DNA of 64,000 nt, from assembly GCA_934772445.1 (NCBI GenBank), contig CAKVMJ010000001.1, forward strand, positions 6,727 through 70,726, written 5' to 3'. This DNA is from an uncultured Clostridia bacterium. Its GTDB lineage: Bacteria > Bacillota > Clostridia > Christensenellales > UBA1242. This document shows positions 60,128 through 64,000 of this stretch, in pieces. Each line of letters begins with the position of its first letter. Within the stretch, counting starts at the first letter, position 1. A program made the position numbers and the translations under genes. The notes under the pieces were generated by a model. The model was given only the letters and a program-made list of their open reading frames with translations, searched no databases and was not told the origin of the DNA.

Positions 60128-60829
60128 ATGAGATGTTTAAATAAAAACCATTTAAAATTAATAGCTTTAATTTCAATGACAATAGACCATATTGGATTAA
60201 TACTCTTCCCTAATATTTTAATACTCAGAATATTAGGCAGACTCGCATTTCCAATATTTGCTTTCTGTATTGCCGATGGACTTAAACATACAAGAAATGT
60301 AAAAAAATATATTTTACTTCTTTTTATATTTGCGTTAATTTCTCAAATCCCCTACCACTTTATATTTGCACCGAAAATTAATTTAAATATTTTATTTACA
60401 TTTTTAATTAGCATAGCATTTATCTTTTGCATTAATAAAATTAAAAATAGCGATAATATTTCAGATAAGATTTTACCAACAATTCTTATCATATTAATTT
60501 CAGGTTTTTGCCTAATAGATTTATATTTAGAAATGATTGATTATTCAATTTTTGGCATACTACTTGTCTTAATTTTCTATTACTTTGACTATAATAAAAT
60601 TCCATTTTATATTCTATCTGGAACATTAATAATACTTGCAACTTTATACTACTATATCATATCAAATTTCTATATCAAAAATCATATATTTATCTATGCA
60701 ATTTTAGCTCTTCCAATTATCTATTTATACAATAATGAGAAAGGAAAAATTAATTTAAAATATTTATTTTACATTTTCTATCCATTGCATTTATCTTTAA
60801 TATTCTTAATAAAATTAATATGTTTTTAA
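60128..60829 (+). CDS. TraX-family membrane protein
   Basis: LKLIALISMTIDHIG N-terminal signature of the TraX family; polytopic; 233 aa. Confidence 0.7.
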   Translation: MRCLNKNHLKLIALISMTIDHIGLILFPNILILRILGRLAFPIFAFCIADGLKHTRNVKKYILLLFIFALISQIPYHFIFAPKINLNILFTFLISIAFIFCINKIKNSDNISDKILPTILIILISGFCLIDLYLEMIDYSIFGILLVLIFYYFDYNKIPFYILSGTLIILATLYYYIISNFYIKNHIFIYAILALPIIYLYNNEKGKINLKYLFYIFYPLHLSLIFLIKLICF

Positions 60830-60860
60830 TAAACATATTTTTTTATATTCTTAATTGAGT

Positions 60861-60934
60861 TATAGTCATAAATTACTATATTATTGTCATTATATAGTAT
60901 ATAATTGTCACAAATTTACACATTTATGACAATA
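60861..60934. promoter_or_regulatory. second copy of the phased ATTGTCAT array (3 direct copies plus 1 inverted)
   Basis: Cores AGTCA at 60864, TGTCA at 60885, TGTCA at 60906, and an inverted TGACA at 60927, spaced exactly 21 bp apart. A 38-nt stretch starting at ATTGAG is 31/38 identical to 46014-46051. Confidence 0.4.
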
Positions 60935-61347
60935 TACCTACAAAATAGTAAATTTTAAAAAATAATCAAAAAATACATTTTTACCATATTTTATTATTAA
61001 AAATCATTTGCATAGTAGTTTAAATTTTTTATATTCTTAAAAACAAAGCAAACTAAAGAAGAGAAATATCTTAAAAATTTTATGAAATTTCAAACATAAA
61101 AATCAGACTAAAAATATATAAAAATTTAACTATAATTTTCTAACAATTTACCCACCTTTTCTAGATGTAAAATTAGAGATTATTAATTAAGATTTATATA
61201 ATATTTATGAAATTATTTTAGATTGATTTTATAATATGATTTTACTTTTTTATTTAGATTTAAATCAATTAATCTACACAAATTTGTATTACTAATTTAA
61301 GCTTCAAAATTCATAAAATAAAATTTAAAATCAATTAAAAAAAATTA

Positions 61348-61376
61348 TTGAATTAATAATTTTATTGTGATATAAT
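61348..61376 (+). promoter_or_regulatory. sigma-A-type promoter for mscL (extended -10)
   Basis: TTGAAT (61348-61353), a 17-nt spacer, then TGaTATAAT (61368-61376). AAGGAG lies before the ATG at 61410. Confidence 0.6.
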
Positions 61377-61409
61377 AACCATACTTTAAAAATAAAAGAA
61401 GGAGATAAT

Positions 61410-62048
61410 ATGAAAAAGTTTTTTAGTGATTTTAAGAAATTTATAAGTCGTGGAAACATTGTTGATATGGCTGTCGGCGTTATTATTGGTAGTGCTTTCA
61501 GTGCAATCGTTACAGCATTTACTAATAAAATCATAATGCCTTTTATTAATTTACTTCTATCTATTGGCGGTACAAATGGTCTTGAAACTGCATACACAAT
61601 TTTAAAACCAGTTTACACAGAAGGCAGTTTAGATCTAACAAAATCTATCTATATTGATTGGGGTGCATTCATTACAGCTATTATTAATTTCTTCATTATA
61701 GCATTTACATTATTCTTAATTCTAAAAATTGCAATGAAGAGTTCTGAAATGTTTAAGAAAGGTGTTGACGATCTTCAAAATTCAAGAATTACAAGAAGTG
61801 AGAAAAAACAACTTGCAGCTAATGGTGTTGATTTAAAAGACCATCGTGCAGTAAAAACTGCTGTTGTTAAATTAAGAGCTGAAAATGCAAGACTTGCAAA
61901 AGAAAAGAAAGAAAAAGAAGATTTGGAATTTAAACTTGCTCACCCAACTCAAGAAGATTTATTAAAAGAGATTAGAGATTTGCTTAAAGAAAATAATAAA
62001 TCTCAAAACGAAACAAAAAACGAAGAAAAATCTGAAGAAGAAAAATAA
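61410..62048 (+). CDS. mscL: large-conductance mechanosensitive channel MscL with extended charged C-terminal region
   Basis: FKKFISRGNIVDMAVGVIIGSAFSAIV is a canonical MscL TM1. C-terminal EDLLKEIRDLLKE helix. 212 aa. Confidence 0.88.
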   Translation: MKKFFSDFKKFISRGNIVDMAVGVIIGSAFSAIVTAFTNKIIMPFINLLLSIGGTNGLETAYTILKPVYTEGSLDLTKSIYIDWGAFITAIINFFIIAFTLFLILKIAMKSSEMFKKGVDDLQNSRITRSEKKQLAANGVDLKDHRAVKTAVVKLRAENARLAKEKKEKEDLEFKLAHPTQEDLLKEIRDLLKENNKSQNETKNEEKSEEEK

Positions 62049-62058
62049 ATCATAAAAA

Positions 62059-62086
62059 AGCTCACATAAAAAATGTGAGTTTTTTA
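62059..62086 (+). terminator. rho-independent terminator after mscL
   Basis: CTCACAT (62061-62067) pairs with ATGTGAG (62073-62079). A T-run follows. Confidence 0.7.
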
Positions 62087-62163
62087 AATTTTTATTGAAG
62101 TTTAATTTTGGATATAATATAATTTAACTGTGTGATAAACTATTGTTATTCATTAAAAAATCT

Positions 62164-62208
62164 TCTATATTATTTATATTTATATAGAAGATTTTTTTAT
62201 TTATTAAA
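62164..62208. terminator. bidirectional terminator hairpin
   Basis: ATCTTCTATAT (62170-62180) pairs with ATATAGAAGAT (62192-62202). A-run upstream and T-run downstream. Confidence 0.7.
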
Positions 62209-62284
62209 TTCAAAAAAATACCATATATTTTGAAGCGAATTAATTAAAGTTTTAATCCACTTCATCAAATATGGTTTTTTATTT

Positions 62285-63811
62285 TTATAACACTGGCCAA
62301 ATAAACTTTAATGCCCTACCATAAAATTTGGTAAAGAATCCAGTTTGAGATAAATCTTTAATTGTAACCAAATGACTATTTGTAATTAAAGTATCTGCAA
62401 CACTTTTTAGCTTTTCATTTGTTTCTAAATCATTAACTAGTAAACAACCCATTTCGAAATTGTTATTTAGGTTTCTGAAATCTAAGTTTCCCCCACCAAT
62501 TAACGCAACACCATCATCAATCAATACAAATTGTTTTGCTAATATATTGTTTTCATATTGATAAACTCTAATTCTATCTTTAACCAAATTTTCAATATTG
62601 GCTAAGCTTATTGCTCTTTGCCATTGCTTTTCTGTTTTATCAGAAATAATTAGTTTAATTTCAATTCCATTTTTACTACATAATTTTAATGCATTTATAA
62701 CTTCATCATCTATAGCCAAATATGGAGTTATAATTAATATTGAACTTTTTGCTGAGTAAATTGTGTTTAACAAATTAGTTTTAACTAATTTATCTTTATA
62801 GAATGGCGCTGTGCCATACGCTTGTACATAAGATTTATTTTTTGTTTTAGCAGACAATTCTTTTTTATAATCATCTAACTTATATGTTTCTTTTGTGAAT
62901 AATTGCATATATGTGAAGAATAGTACAACCAAACTCCATACACAATCACCTGTAATTTTTACACCATCACCATTTTTTGCTTTTGGTAAATCATTACTAA
63001 TAAATTCATCTTTAAATTGAACTGTGGACATATATGCTATCTCACTATCAATTATAACTAAATTCTTTTTATCTCTACAATAATTAAATGAACTTGCAAA
63101 CAATTTTAATTTATTGAATTTTACTGTTTTAATTCCGTGATTGGCAAGTTTTCTAAATACTTTTTTATCCTTAAAACCACTCAAACAACCTTTTTCATCA
63201 TAAAGCAAAGTTATTTGGACGCCCTTCATTGCTTTTTGTTTTAAAGCCTCAAATAAGTTTCTCCAAGCCTCACCATCTTTAATGCTATCAACTTCTATCA
63301 AGATCGATGATTTTGCATTTTTAATATCTCTTGAAATACTATTTAATAAGATTTCAGAATTATCAAAATATTCACAATTACTTTTTGAATACAACGGCAT
63401 ATTAGTTGTTGCAACTAAATATTTACTCAATTTAACTGCTTCTGGATTAACTTTTCCCATCTCTTCAATTGTTTTAACAGTTGGTTCAAATCTATCAGCG
63501 TTTTCGTGATTTATCTTACGCCATTTCATTCTAAATGATTTAGAACCTCGTTTTGCTTTAGTAAAACCATATTCAGCGTAAGCCACCAGTGGCAAAAATA
63601 AGAATATTAATGATAAAACCAATTTATAATTTGATGTTGCCAAATTATCGTTAGCAAACAACAAAAACAATATTGTTGCAATTAAACATACACCAATATA
63701 GATATATATGTTCAGAAAAATAGCACTCAAAACAATTGCCGAAATATTTACTAATAACGAACATAATAATATTAATTTTCTAGAATATATAAAACTTATA
63801 AATTTTTTCAT
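62285..63811 (-). CDS. cardiolipin synthase-like PLD-superfamily membrane protein (HKD motifs apparently degenerate)
   Basis: N-terminal TM helices and two PLD-like modules (NYCRDKKNLVIIDSEIAYMS and LAKQFVLIDDGVALIGGGNLDFRNLNNNFE). The likely start is ATG 63811 (MKKFISF); the track start at 63901 is an extension. Confidence 0.65.
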   Translation of the reverse strand: MKKFISFIYSRKLILLCSLLVNISAIVLSAIFLNIYIYIGVCLIATILFLLFANDNLATSNYKLVLSLIFLFLPLVAYAEYGFTKAKRGSKSFRMKWRKINHENADRFEPTVKTIEEMGKVNPEAVKLSKYLVATTNMPLYSKSNCEYFDNSEILLNSISRDIKNAKSSILIEVDSIKDGEAWRNLFEALKQKAMKGVQITLLYDEKGCLSGFKDKKVFRKLANHGIKTVKFNKLKLFASSFNYCRDKKNLVIIDSEIAYMSTVQFKDEFISNDLPKAKNGDGVKITGDCVWSLVVLFFTYMQLFTKETYKLDDYKKELSAKTKNKSYVQAYGTAPFYKDKLVKTNLLNTIYSAKSSILIITPYLAIDDEVINALKLCSKNGIEIKLIISDKTEKQWQRAISLANIENLVKDRIRVYQYENNILAKQFVLIDDGVALIGGGNLDFRNLNNNFEMGCLLVNDLETNEKLKSVADTLITNSHLVTIKDLSQTGFFTKFYGRALKFIWPVL

Positions 63812-63925
63812 TTTTAAACCTAAATAGATGATAACACAATTGATATATTTTTTCAATACTAATTGCAAAATTATTTTGTCTTTTCCACTTTTCAACCACA
63901 CATTATTTAGGTTTAAAAACTTAAT

Positions 63926-64000
63926 CTATTGCTGAATAAACCTTTGCTTCGTGTTGAGTAACACCCGCACCAATTCTTCTTTTCTTATAAAATTCGGAAT
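63926..64000 (-). CDS. 3' end of a CDS entering from the right edge (product unknown)
   Basis: The minus-strand frame reads ...IPNFIRKEELVRVLLNTKQRFIQQ, then a TAG stop at 63928..63926. Only 24 codons are visible. Confidence 0.25.
   Translation of the reverse strand: MPNFIRKEELVRVLLNTKQRFIQQ

Overview
Strongly AT-rich chromosomal window that looks like a low-GC, endospore-forming Bacillota genome (standard genetic code; spoIIID, yabP-yabQ-divIC and a SpoIIQ-like M23 gene are present). Positions 1-16.7 kb are almost entirely minus strand. They carry a conserved housekeeping block: yraN, rnhB, rbgA, trmD, rimM, KH protein, rpsP, ffh, ylxM, ftsY, smc, rnc, plsX, then an SPFH/NfeD pair. The centre is one uninterrupted 26.2-kb minus-strand ORF (16849-43065, about 41% of the window). 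It encodes a roughly 8,700-aa predicted lipoprotein with an Ig-like N-terminal region, six arrays of GLUG-type repeats (about 75 copies by eye), a ~380-aa alpha-helical insert, a 4-Cys cluster, a Pro/Thr/Asp linker and a C-terminal NlpC/P60/CHAP-like cysteine peptidase domain. It has its own sigma-A-type promoter, overlapped by tandem Spo0A-box-like sites, and its own terminator hairpin. This gene is the main candidate for something new. The right third holds ttcA, spoIIID, acpP, sporulation and division genes, an initiator-type tRNA-Met, pepF, tmk, an 818-aa GLUG-repeat lipoprotein related to the giant protein, dtd, an LRR surface protein, tRNA-Ser(GCU), GNAT acetyltransferases, YwaF-like membrane proteins, traX, mscL and a cardiolipin-synthase-like gene whose HKD motifs both appear to lack histidine. 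I saw no rRNA, CRISPR array, transposase or integrase. All calls come from reading the sequence and ORF translations by eye; no database search was possible.
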